Shown here piece by piece: positions 12,203 through 24,742 of a stretch of 64,000 bases of DNA. The notes beneath the pieces are model-generated. The model was not told the DNA's origin, ran no database searches, and saw only the letters and a list, made by a program, of their open reading frames with translations. The stretch is from the IMG/VR virus record IMGVR_UViG_2687453424_000001; one strand, written 5' to 3'. Source of the stretch: a virus (Duplodnaviria > Heunggongvirae > Uroviricota > Caudoviricetes). The translations under genes were made by a program, and so were the position numbers. Position 1 is the first letter of the stretch. Each line of letters starts with the position of its first letter.

Positions 12203-13378
12203 CGTTAAAAGCCCTCGACTCGATTCGAATCGAATCGATAGCGGTAGATTCAACAGGAGATTTGAGAAATTAGGGTTTGCTTTTAACCCTTCGAATTTTA
12301 ATTCGAAGAATTTCGTAGATCTGAGCTTTCCTCTGTGTGTGTGTGTTTTTTTGAAAGGGAAAGGGGGGAGGTTGGGCTCCGGTGAGGTGGTTTGTTGAAT
12401 TTTGGGGTTAATTTTGACGTGTTGGAATTAAATGACGTTATTATCCTTGTGAATTGGTTAAATGACGGGTTGAAAATAGCGAGGAAGAGAGTTGCAGATG
12501 GGGTTGAATGTAACATCACCTTATATTCCCGTGACAAGCATCGAACCAGCCTGTCCAAGGCAAGAAGTTGTTTTTTAAAAAAAAAATTTACATGTAAGAA
12601 ATAACGCTATTTGAACTTTTAGACCGCTTTCTTTATCTTTTATTCCCGTAGAGAAATTCTCTCAATTTTGTTCTTTTTTTTTCCTCAAATCTTTTATTGT
12701 TCTTAATTATACCCTTCAATTGATATAAAAAAATAATTAGTAATTCTTTTTAGGTACGTAAGATTGAGATACTATTATGAATGAAAATTCTAGCTCAAGC
12801 TCCTCACATTTTATTAACGAACTCTTAAATTTTAATTTAAAACTAAACAAGTTTTTAATTTTAACAAAGATTTAACTGTCATTAGATTCGATGTTAATTG
12901 ACTTTTTTACTCACATGATATATTACTTGACGAATTAACATGATAATGTGATTGTTGACGTGGCTAAAAAAATATAATGAGTTTGGTCACATTAGTTGCG
13001 CGTGACCTCACCAATTCACTAAATCATATATCATGTGGACAGGAAAAATAATTAATATTGACTCTAATATTGATTAAATTTTTATTAAAATTAAAAGCTT
13101 GTTCGATTTTAAATCAAAATTTAAGAGTTTGTTTGAATGCAATAATTAAATAAATGATGATAGTACGTAAAATGTTTTTAGGATTGAAGCCATAATTTTA
13201 AGACAATATAAGCAACAAGTGTCTTATTTACTCATGTTCTCACCTAAAGACTTTTTTATGTTGTTACTTAGTGCATGTTTGGTTTAACTTTTTTTCAGTT
13301 TATCTATTTATTGAAAGTAAAAGTTAGGCCAAATATAATATTTTGAAAAACTCTTAAAAAAAAGTAACTTTTTTTAAG

Positions 13379-16300
13379 NNNNNNNNNNNNNNNNNNNNNN
13401 NNNNNNNNNNNNNNNNNNNNNNNNNNNNNNNNNNNNNNNNNNNNNNNNNNNNNNNNNNNNNNNNNNNNNNNNNNNNNNNNNNNNNNNNNNNNNNNNNNNN
13501 NNNNNNNNNNNNNNNNNNNNNNNNNNNNNNNNNNNNNNNNNNNNNNNNNNNNNNNNNNNNNNNNNNNNNNNNNNNNNNNNNNNNNNNNNNNNNNNNNNNN
13601 NNNNNNNNNNNNNNNNNNNNNNNNNNNNNNNNNNNNNNNNNNNNNNNNNNNNNNNNNNNNNNNNNNNNNNNNNNNNNNNNNNNNNNNNNNNNNNNNNNNN
13701 NNNNNNNNNNNNNNNNNNNNNNNNNNNNNNNNNNNNNNNNNNNNNNNNNNNNNNNNNNNNNNNNNNNNNNNNNNNNNNNNNNNNNNNNNNNNNNNNNNNN
13801 NNNNNNNNNNNNNNNNNNNNNNNNNNNNNNNNNNNNNNNNNNNNNNNNNNNNNNNNNNNNNNNNNNNNNNNNNNNNNNNNNNNNNNNNNNNNNNNNNNNN
13901 NNNNNNNNNNNNNNNNNNNNNNNNNNNNNNNNNNNNNNNNNNNNNNNNNNNNNNNNNNNNNNNNNNNNNNNNNNNNNNNNNNNNNNNNNNNNNNNNNNNN
14001 NNNNNNNNNNNNNNNNNNNNNNNNNNNNNNNNNNNNNNNNNNNNNNNNNNNNNNNNNNNNNNNNNNNNNNNNNNNNNNNNNNNNNNNNNNNNNNNNNNNN
14101 NNNNNNNNNNNNNNNNNNNNNNNNNNNNNNNNNNNNNNNNNNNNNNNNNNNNNNNNNNNNNNNNNNNNNNNNNNNNNNNNNNNNNNNNNNNNNNNNNNNN
14201 NNNNNNNNNNNNNNNNNNNNNNNNNNNNNNNNNNNNNNNNNNNNNNNNNNNNNNNNNNNNNNNNNNNNNNNNNNNNNNNNNNNNNNNNNNNNNNNNNNNN
14301 NNNNNNNNNNNNNNNNNNNNNNNNNNNNNNNNNNNNNNNNNNNNNNNNNNNNNNNNNNNNNNNNNNNNNNNNNNNNNNNNNNNNNNNNNNNNNNNNNNNN
14401 NNNNNNNNNNNNNNNNNNNNNNNNNNNNNNNNNNNNNNNNNNNNNNNNNNNNNNNNNNNNNNNNNNNNNNNNNNNNNNNNNNNNNNNNNNNNNNNNNNNN
14501 NNNNNNNNNNNNNNNNNNNNNNNNNNNNNNNNNNNNNNNNNNNNNNNNNNNNNNNNNNNNNNNNNNNNNNNNNNNNNNNNNNNNNNNNNNNNNNNNNNNN
14601 NNNNNNNNNNNNNNNNNNNNNNNNNNNNNNNNNNNNNNNNNNNNNNNNNNNNNNNNNNNNNNNNNNNNNNNNNNNNNNNNNNNNNNNNNNNNNNNNNNNN
14701 NNNNNNNNNNNNNNNNNNNNNNNNNNNNNNNNNNNNNNNNNNNNNNNNNNNNNNNNNNNNNNNNNNNNNNNNNNNNNNNNNNNNNNNNNNNNNNNNNNNN
14801 NNNNNNNNNNNNNNNNNNNNNNNNNNNNNNNNNNNNNNNNNNNNNNNNNNNNNNNNNNNNNNNNNNNNNNNNNNNNNNNNNNNNNNNNNNNNNNNNNNNN
14901 NNNNNNNNNNNNNNNNNNNNNNNNNNNNNNNNNNNNNNNNNNNNNNNNNNNNNNNNNNNNNNNNNNNNNNNNNNNNNNNNNNNNNNNNNNNNNNNNNNNN
15001 NNNNNNNNNNNNNNNNNNNNNNNNNNNNNNNNNNNNNNNNNNNNNNNNNNNNNNNNNNNNNNNNNNNNNNNNNNNNNNNNNNNNNNNNNNNNNNNNNNNN
15101 NNNNNNNNNNNNNNNNNNNNNNNNNNNNNNNNNNNNNNNNNNNNNNNNNNNNNNNNNNNNNNNNNNNNNNNNNNNNNNNNNNNNNNNNNNNNNNNNNNNN
15201 NNNNNNNNNNNNNNNNNNNNNNNNNNNNNNNNNNNNNNNNNNNNNNNNNNNNNNNNNNNNNNNNNNNNNNNNNNNNNNNNNNNNNNNNNNNNNNNNNNNN
15301 NNNNNNNNNNNNNNNNNNNNNNNNNNNNNNNNNNNNNNNNNNNNNNNNNNNNNNNNNNNNNNNNNNNNNNNNNNNNNNNNNNNNNNNNNNNNNNNNNNNN
15401 NNNNNNNNNNNNNNNNNNNNNNNNNNNNNNNNNNNNNNNNNNNNNNNNNNNNNNNNNNNNNNNNNNNNNNNNNNNNNNNNNNNNNNNNNNNNNNNNNNNN
15501 NNNNNNNNNNNNNNNNNNNNNNNNNNNNNNNNNNNNNNNNNNNNNNNNNNNNNNNNNNNNNNNNNNNNNNNNNNNNNNNNNNNNNNNNNNNNNNNNNNNN
15601 NNNNNNNNNNNNNNNNNNNNNNNNNNNNNNNNNNNNNNNNNNNNNNNNNNNNNNNNNNNNNNNNNNNNNNNNNNNNNNNNNNNNNNNNNNNNNNNNNNNN
15701 NNNNNNNNNNNNNNNNNNNNNNNNNNNNNNNNNNNNNNNNNNNNNNNNNNNNNNNNNNNNNNNNNNNNNNNNNNNNNNNNNNNNNNNNNNNNNNNNNNNN
15801 NNNNNNNNNNNNNNNNNNNNNNNNNNNNNNNNNNNNNNNNNNNNNNNNNNNNNNNNNNNNNNNNNNNNNNNNNNNNNNNNNNNNNNNNNNNNNNNNNNNN
15901 NNNNNNNNNNNNNNNNNNNNNNNNNNNNNNNNNNNNNNNNNNNNNNNNNNNNNNNNNNNNNNNNNNNNNNNNNNNNNNNNNNNNNNNNNNNNNNNNNNNN
16001 NNNNNNNNNNNNNNNNNNNNNNNNNNNNNNNNNNNNNNNNNNNNNNNNNNNNNNNNNNNNNNNNNNNNNNNNNNNNNNNNNNNNNNNNNNNNNNNNNNNN
16101 NNNNNNNNNNNNNNNNNNNNNNNNNNNNNNNNNNNNNNNNNNNNNNNNNNNNNNNNNNNNNNNNNNNNNNNNNNNNNNNNNNNNNNNNNNNNNNNNNNNN
16201 NNNNNNNNNNNNNNNNNNNNNNNNNNNNNNNNNNNNNNNNNNNNNNNNNNNNNNNNNNNNNNNNNNNNNNNNNNNNNNNNNNNNNNNNNNNNNNNNNNNN

Positions 16301-17520
16301 NNNNNNNNNNNNNNNNNNNNNNNNNNNNNNNNNNNNNNNNNNNNNNNNNNNNNNNNNNNNNNNNNNNNNNNNNNNNNNNNNNNNNNNNNNNNNNNNNNNN
16401 NNNNNNNNNNNNNNNNNNNNNNNNNNNNNNNNNNNNNNNNNNNNNNNNNNNNNNNNNNNNNNNNNNNNNNNNNNNNNNNNNNNNNNNNNNNNNNNNNNNN
16501 NNNNNNNNNNNNNNNNNNNNNNNNNNNNNNNNNNNNNNNNNNNNNNNNNNNNNNNNNNNNNNNNNNNNNNNNNNNNNNNNNNNNNNNNNNNNNNNNNNNN
16601 NNNNNNNNNNNNNNNNNNNNNNNNNNNNNNNNNNNNNNNNNNNNNNNNNNNNNNNNNNNNNNNNNNNNNNNNNNNNNNNNNNNNNNNNNNNNNNNNNNNN
16701 NNNNNNNNNNNNNNNNNNNNNNNNNNNNNNNNNNNNNNNNNNNNNNNNNNNNNNNNNNNNNNNNNNNNNNNNNNNNNNNNNNNNNNNNNNNNNNNNNNNN
16801 NNNNNNNNNNNNNNNNNNNNNNNNNNNNNNNNNNNNNNNNNNNNNNNNNNNNNNNNNNNNNNNNNNNNNNNNNNNNNNNNNNNNNNNNNNNNNNNNNNNN
16901 NNNNNNNNNNNNNNNNNNNNNNNNNNNNNNNNNNNNNNNNNNNNNNNNNNNNNNNNNNNNNNNNNNNNNNNNNNNNNNNNNNNNNNNNNNNNNNNNNNNN
17001 NNNNNNNNNNNNNNNNNNNNNNNNNNNNNNNNNNNNNNNNNNNNNNNNNNNNNNNNNNNNNNNNNNNNNNNNNNNNNNNNNNNNNNNNNNNNNNNNNNNN
17101 NNNNNNNNNNNNNNNNNNNNNNNNNNNNNNNNNNNNNNNNNNNNNNNNNNNNNNNNNNNNNNNNNNNNNNNNNNNNNNNNNNNNNNNNNNNNNNNNNNNN
17201 NNNNNNNNNNNNNNNNNNNNNNNNNNNNNNNNNNNNNNNNNNNNNNNNNNNNNNNNNNNNNNNNNNNNNNNNNNNNNNNNNNNNNNNNNNNNNNNNNNNN
17301 NNNNNNNNNNNNNNNNNNNNNNNNNNNNNNNNNNNNNNNNNNNNNNNNNNNNNNNNNNNNNNNNNNNNNNNNNNNNNNNNNNNNNNNNNNNNNNNNNNNN
17401 NNNNNNNNNNNNNNNNNNNNNNNNNNNNNNNNNNNNNNNNNNNNNNNNNNNNNNNNNNNNNNNNNNNNNNNNNNNNNNNNNNNNNNNNNNNNNNNNNNNN
17501 NNNNNNNNNNNNNNNNNNNN
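13379..17520. other. Run of N (gap or masked block)
   Basis: All n. Confidence 1.
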
Positions 17521-20234
17521 CTTCTGTTATTTTAAAAATACAATTAAATTTTTATTTTTATTTCAAAAATATCTTCAATTGTTAAAAATAATTACAATAT
17601 TATTTTTTTTAAAAAATACTTTCTATGATAATTTTAACAAAAATTATAATTTATAAAAAAGAACTTATAAAAAAAATTTACCAAACAACTTTAACTTAAT
17701 TTTAAAAATTATTACTTTTCATAAAAACTTCATAATAGCTTTTATGTTAGAAAAAAGTCAAGTCAAACAAGCTCTTAATTTAATCTTAACAATGGCTTTG
17801 CCTCTATTTGAGCATTAACCACACGTAATGTCATCAAGGGAGAAGAAGTAGTTGCCATTTTGGGCTAGTCATGAATTGAGAAGAGAAGCGTAGCATGAAG
17901 AGTACCTAGCATTGATTGCATTATCAAGCTTATATCTTCATCAGAAACTAAACCCAAATGGCAGAGCAAAACATCAAAATGGGAAGCTTTTTTCCTCATT
18001 TTTTGAATTTCTAGCGCAACCCTTTTCAGAGAACTACTTAGTCATCCTGATATCACCTCCATTTCACCTGTATTTTGTCAGTTCCTTTCATGGCGATGGC
18101 TACAACTTTTTGCACTGCTTCTGTAATGATTCCGAGTAAATAATTATTTGTTGATTATGTACCTTGCTGGTGGTTGGTTTATGTATGATGGAAATCTTAA
18201 TCTTTTCAATTTTCCTGGGAATTTCAGACTGTGACTGTGACCACCATTTCTTTTGATTCTTAATCTATGCCTCATTTGTCAAGAGAAAGAGTTTTCATGC
18301 ATCAGTTGGACCCAGAGTCCTGGATTTAACTTTTAACAGGAACACGTGAAATGATTATATCTTGTCAAATATTTAGACAAAAAGTTATCTCAATTTTGGG
18401 TACAAACTCCTTTCCCTGTATCCTGGAGGACTAGTGGGTAGAGGAGAGAAAGACAGCTGCTTGGTTTTTTTTTTTTTCTTACAATTTCCCCTGTTTTTTC
18501 GTACACGATGCCGCCACAGAGCCTGTACCGAGCTGACAACAACTTTCCATCTACTTCTTGATGAATGACTCTTTTATTCGTTCAATCTTTGCCTTGAATT
18601 GCTTTGCCGGATCTCCCATTCAAATTCTGGGATTGAAACCTGGCAGCAATTCTTTCCTGCCATTACTCTTTGTAGAATAACTCTCCCCGGTAATACCCTG
18701 AATCCATTATTTACTATCCTGGAAGATTGGCTCTATCTGGCAATAGTTTTCTCAAGTTCCAGATTTTCAACTTTCGTTTCTTTCTTTAGCGTTGATCTGA
18801 CAACGTTTCTGTCACTGTCATTCATTCCGATGATGGAGATGGGGAAAAGGGTTAACACCAGATTCAAAATGCAAACATCTAAGACTACGAAATTAATCAA
18901 ACAAGGATTCATTTAGCAGGAACTGGGAAGAACATTAAATGCTGTCTTCAACTTGTAAATTTATACATTGATAAATGAAATCCAAGCAAGTTTTTCACAT
19001 GGATTATGCAGATTGTATATCAGAGAAACTCTTTTCGAGACAGGGCATGTGAAAATCTAGCTGGAAAGCCAAGGGAAAAGCTTTAAAGCTTGATGAATTT
19101 CATCCGGATCTTGTACCACCCTCCCTTGCATAATCCGATAGCCTTCCATCCTTGTCTGAATAAAGATCTGATATCATTACGTTTTACTACCTTCATTTGA
19201 TTATGTCCATCTGCCATTTCCAAACTTGCAAATGAATGTACTCTTCCCTATGATCTTACCCTTTTTCCATTGATGGTGCTTCATCTTTATACTAATAGTT
19301 GATGGCGCTGCTACCAGTCTCCTTTACCCAAGCAACAGATTCAGTTCATTGGCTTCGATTGTTGCTTGCGCCAGTTCTTTGTTAGAGGCTCTAATGAAAT
19401 CCCAACTATTTTAGTTTTATCCGTGCTACTTCTACCGGCGGTTGGACAGTTTTTTCTATGGTCGGAAATTCGCCGGATTAATGCCGCTAATGTATTGATT
19501 AAACCGTATTTAGTTTTCTAACATATGATATTAATTATATGATAACACTCTTTTATCTCATAAATCTCAATTTATCCGTTTTAAACCTTAAATTCCAGAC
19601 TTCTAAAGGTTAGGAATAAAATATCTTTTTGAAAATTATTCGACAACATGACTGTTTTTTAAATATTATTTAAGAACAATTCAATAATTAAGAATAACAA
19701 TAAATACGATAATTATGATTATATTTTTTTATGAAAACAGCATCGATTATTCTTAATTAATATTAATTTTATATGTCATATAAGATTATATAATATCACT
19801 CTTTTATCTCAAAATTTCGGTTCACCCACCTTAAAATTTAAATTCGAAACTTTTAAAAATAGAATTGGGTTTGGAAATTGTTCAAGAGTAATAATCAGTG
19901 ACAGAAACAAATGCCGACAATTATATCTTCCACCAAACCAACGGCGACTATTCAATTCTACCTAACCAAATTTTCGTTTTGACTTTCAACCATCCAATAA
20001 CCTCATGCCACGTCAGAAAGCAACCCCGCATGTAACTACCTTAGCAGATATTAACCGTCACCTCTTCCCGGCTTACTCCAACTACCAGTCGTAGCAAGAA
20101 GAAGAAGACTGATCGGTGAGCTTCCAGTTAACTCCGATTCTTCCACTCTCCTTCATGGACTCTGCTCCCCCAATTCTCCAAACTTCCATTTCTTTAATCC
20201 CTAGCGTCAGGGTTTCCTTCTCGATTTCTCAAAT

Positions 20235-23200
20235 ATGGCGGAGCCAAATCGGAGTTCACCTTCCGCCTCCGCCTCCGCCTCTGCCTCCTCCTCCTCTTCA
20301 TCTTCGTCTTACAGGGAGGATTCAGGCGGTGCGGCCGGGGCGGCGGCGTCGTCTTCGGGTACTTCTTCGCAGGTTCGAGAGGAAGAGGAAGGGCAAGATC
20401 ACGAGTATCGGCAGCATCTGCAGCATTTTCATAACCCTGAGCTAGAGAATCAGCACATTGACCTAGTTTCTTATAGAGGTAACTTATCTGGTTTCGATGA
20501 TTCGTCAACGGTGATTGGAGACGACACGTGGTCTTGCATCATCGTGGTTCTCACTTTTTGGTTTTTCGGTTAGTACCCTTTTCCCCTTTCTCATGAATCG
20601 CTCGTTCTTTACATTTGAAAGTAAAAGCTTTTATCTTATGTTGATTCTTTTCGATTGATTTTCTTTTTGAATCGAACAGTGTCTATGACTTTGATTTTGG
20701 GTGTTTACGGGGCGGTGAATATACGGGTCGGTCCGAATTGTTCCCTTCTACTTCAACCGAATCCTATTTTTGTTCAGAGTGTAAAGGTGATTTGCCTTTT
20801 TCTTTTTTCCTTTCTAATTTTTTGATTCGTTTCATGCTTTTTCTTTAAAGGGAAGGGTGGTTTTTGGGTCTATATCTTATTTGGCTTTGTGTTAGGTTGA
20901 GGAGGTAGATGATACCAAGCCAGGGCTCAAACTATATGGATTTTATAAATCTCCATCTCTTGATGTAGTGACTACCTGGTCTGAAACTCGTACCGCTACT
21001 GTTCAAGCTGATTCTCACAAGGCAAGTTCGGTTTCTTGTTCTGTTTTTTGCTTGAATGTTTTGGTTCTGAACTTGTATTTCATTTCCCAAATTTTTTTTA
21101 TATTATCCAGGAGTGGATTCATTATCTGAACAGGGGCTCTCAAGTTAATATTTCATATAATGTGAACTCAGCAGGCTCCTCTGTTTTCCTTATAATTGCT
21201 CAAGGTATCCTGAAACACTAAAAGCTTTTTCAGAATGTGTTTCTCAAAGAATTATTTTCACAAAGTGTGTGTGGAAATGCTGTAGATTAAGTAATTGAAT
21301 CCTGGGAATCTGATGCTTTAATTCATTTTGTCACATTGCAGGCAGTGAGGGCCTTTCTCAATGGCTTGAGGACCCAACATATCCTAACACCACTTTGTCG
21401 TGGAACATTGTTCGTGGTGAGATGGAAATGCAAAAGTATGAATGTTCTTACTATATAGAGTTTTATGCTGACTTTGATATTACTTTTCGGCAGGAAGTGG
21501 TATGATTCAGCAGGATATATATAGATCTTCAAGTTACTATATTGCACTGGGTAATTTGAACTCAGAGGATGTGGAGGTAATTGAAAAAATTTGACCTGCC
21601 GAGCTTGGTTTGTTGTTTTGGTTCTTTCATTGAAGTTCTGCTAAAATATTTGAGATATTGAGATCAAAACTTCATTGTCTTCTGTTACCAACCTCAGAAA
21701 AGAAACGTTTCATGGTGCTTGTCCCTTTTGATTTGTCAGAATTGATATTATGATATGATTGAAGAATCGGATTAACTTACTAAGAAAGGGTTACTTTAAT
21801 CCATTTAAGCAATGCTACATTGTAACTGTGGTGGAAATATTATAAGTGCAGCAATGTCAAGTAAAACTTTGGGCTGAGGAGGGTGTTTATTTCTGCAAGG
21901 CTGCAGTTATAGAAGTATAGGAATCTATAATATGGATTGACATTTTTATGGTAAACATGAGAACATAAATGCTGCAAGTCTCAATTTACTTTAAAAGTTT
22001 GTATGAATGTCAGATGGACTAATGGGCAAAATTGAATAGCCATGGATCCATTTTCCTAACAATTATTTAAGCATATGACTTCAAAATATTAATTCCAAGA
22101 AACTCAGAACCTGCCAAGTCAGGTTTGAGAGGCAGGTATATATAATGGATATCTCAAGTTCAAGTAAATGCGCTGTAGGTGACAAAAAAGCCTATCATTC
22201 TCTCAGATTTCACTGAACCTTTTCTTTTTATTAGATGCTGTTCCCTTGCCCTTTTTTGTGTTCTTTGGTTTCATCTTTTCACATAAAAATTGAGTTGATT
22301 TTAACATTGAACAGGTGGAGTTAAACATCACAGTCAGGGCTTTCATCTACAATACAACTGAAGCTTACTACAGATGTACCTTCGGTAATGGCCTGTGTAG
22401 CTTGAGTGTTTTGTTTCCTCAGGGAAATTCTGTTGTCTTGACTTCTCCAGGTCTAGAACAGGTAAATCTCTTTTTATTTTAAACCTAAATCCTACTTTCT
22501 ATGTCTTTCTTGAGATTATGTCGTTTTGAAGGCTGTTACAGCGGCATTCCTATGTTATTAGGCATGATAAATATATGTTCTAATGCTTCCGTCTGTGCTG
22601 AATAATTTCTTATCTTTTGAAGTGCTATACTGAATAATTTCTAAATCCTGTTTTAGAAAGTCTTTTCATTTTCTGTTCTCCCTCTTTTTGGCTACTTCAG
22701 AGTACATCTGCAGATGACTGGTCTGTCAGATTGTCATATGGACCAAGATGGATTATATATATAGTTGGCATTGGTAAAGTTCTTTCTTTTAATTACTCTA
22801 AATGCGCAACCTTTACAAATGTTTCATGTTTAAATCTTGAATTCTAATTTTCTTCTTAAAGGTGGAATGACAGCAATCATGTTGGTAGCCTTCAACTTCT
22901 TAAACAAGTTCCAATTTACCCGTGGAGGTGAAACAAATCTTCATTATGGGGAGAATGCTTCTGCAAGGGCCCCTCTGCTTTCTAACAAAGATGATGATAT
23001 CTCAAGTTGGGGTTCATCCTACGATTCTGTCTCAAGTGATGAGGCAGATCTTGAAGATTTTCTGGCAGCAGGTTCTGTTGAAGGGACATCAATAAGAGAA
23101 GGTGAAAACAGTAACAATACCCGACGTCTTTGTGCAATTTGCTTCGATGCTCCAAGGGACTGCTTCTTCCTTCCTTGTGGGCACTGTGTGGCTTGCTTTG

Positions 23201-23463
23201 CATGTGGATCTAGGTAACTACTTTGCATCCTCACCTTTTTTACACGAAAGGTTGCTTTGGAAATAGTCTAGCTTCATTCTTAACCCTGCTCCCAATTTAC
23301 AACAGCAGGCTGTTCATCACCCTTAATGGTTCCCAGAACTTGAAATTTGCTCCTATCTGATGTTGTGCTGTAACTGATCTTTTGCAGAATCGCAGAGGCT
23401 GCTGGAACTTGCCCCATTTGCCGTCGGAACATGAAGAAAGTGAGGAAGATTTTCACAGTATAA
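20235..23463 (+). CDS. RING-type (C3HC4) E3 ubiquitin ligase, APD (ABERRANT POLLEN DEVELOPMENT)-like, 10 exons, about 488 aa
   Basis: Hand-traced exons 20235-20568, 20680-20786, 20896-21021 (GC donor), 21111-21204, 21342-21416, 21494-21576, 22315-22461, 22701-22773, 22862-23213, 23388-23463; total 1467 nt, in frame. N-terminus is Ser/Ala-rich; C-terminus has the RING [41 protein letters not shown]. APD assignment is from memory of the family architecture (internal hydrophobic segments plus C-terminal RING). Confidence 0.7.
20263..20308 (+). repeat. Imperfect trinucleotide repeat (GCC/TCC)n inside APD-like exon 1, encoding a poly-Ala/Ser tract
   Basis: ttccgcctccgcctccgcctctgcctcctcctcctcttcatcttcgtct translates to SASASASASSSSSSSS. 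Confidence 0.8.
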
Positions 23464-24742
23464 GTCACATTGAGCTCCTTTGCCAGCAGCAGAGCTTGCA
23501 CAGCCTGCCTGCTTCAATGAGTTGCAGTACGTTTTTGATGGGTCACTGCTTTTTATGCTCAAGTAAATGACACTCAGAAGGGGGATTATAAGCATTGATT
23601 TTTTTTAAAAGATGGAAGGAGCCATGCATTTTGTTTCCCTGGATGGCCTTCCACCATGTAATACTATCATCGGTACATAATGTTCGAGTAGACCAAGTCA
23701 AAGCTTCCAATGTAACTCTTTTCATTTCCCCCCCATTGATTACCAATTTAAGGCGCAGCAACTTCAAACTGAGATACTGTACCTTCCTGTCCTTCATTCT
23801 TTGGTATCTTTCAGCCTTCTCAACAGCATCAAGTAAACGACTAATCCAATCCCGTTTTTAATGCTTTTAGAGTATTTCTTACTATATTTTTTAATATTAT
23901 ATTCGAACATTTAATTCAATAATAAATATAAATATCTTTTTATTTAAAAAATAAAGTCGAATCCTTTATTAAAAAAAAAAAGGGTTCGGATGTCTTTTTT
24001 TTTAAATAAATAAAATTCAAATTTAATCAAAACTTAATCAATTTGTTTTATATTACAGTTTTAAAAAACAATAGTAAATCTCATAATAATTATGCATTAG
24101 AATAAAATTAAATATTTAACTGTTTTGATTATAATAAATTAAGGATGAAATGACAGGAGGGAGAAGGAAGATTTGCTTCTTTTTCTTTTTTCCACGAGGA
24201 AGTGGACTGGCGGAAAGAGAGTCAAAGCCATAGTTGACAGAAGTTGCAGTAGACAAGTTCGAGAAGCTTTCCTTTTCCTTTCTCTATTTCCCCCCACCTT
24301 CTGAACGTGGGGATCAAGATAACTATGGCCAACAAGATTGGAAACGAGCGGCGGCCTTCACTGCCTTCCTCCCAGCCTCTTAATATACTTTCTTTTTTCC
24401 CATCCCTGTTTTTGGCCCACCGCTTCTTCAGACCATGGTCATAATCATGACAGTGACATCAAAGTCAAAATTTTATTGTTAATAAAATATAACCTAATGT
24501 TTTTAGTCAACAGATTAATTGAACTAACTTTGACTACTTTATTTAACGAATTGCACAAAATCAACCAAGTTCGAGCTAGTTTATAATTAATTTATTCATA
24601 TTATTAGTTAAATTTAATTAAGTAAAATTGTGATATTTTATAATTTGATTCGAATAAGTTTTAAATTAAAAAATTAGGTTTGGACAATGATCACAAAATA
24701 TTTGTTTTTCGAATTTGATTATAAATGTTATTTTTAATAATT

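Noticed and set aside
17521-20234. Possible gene between the N run and the APD-like gene (ORFs 17912-18139, 18599-18916)
   Set aside because: Translations have no recognisable domains and the region is AT-rich with homopolymer runs; treated as promoter or intergenic sequence, possibly a transposon remnant, without enough evidence to call a feature.
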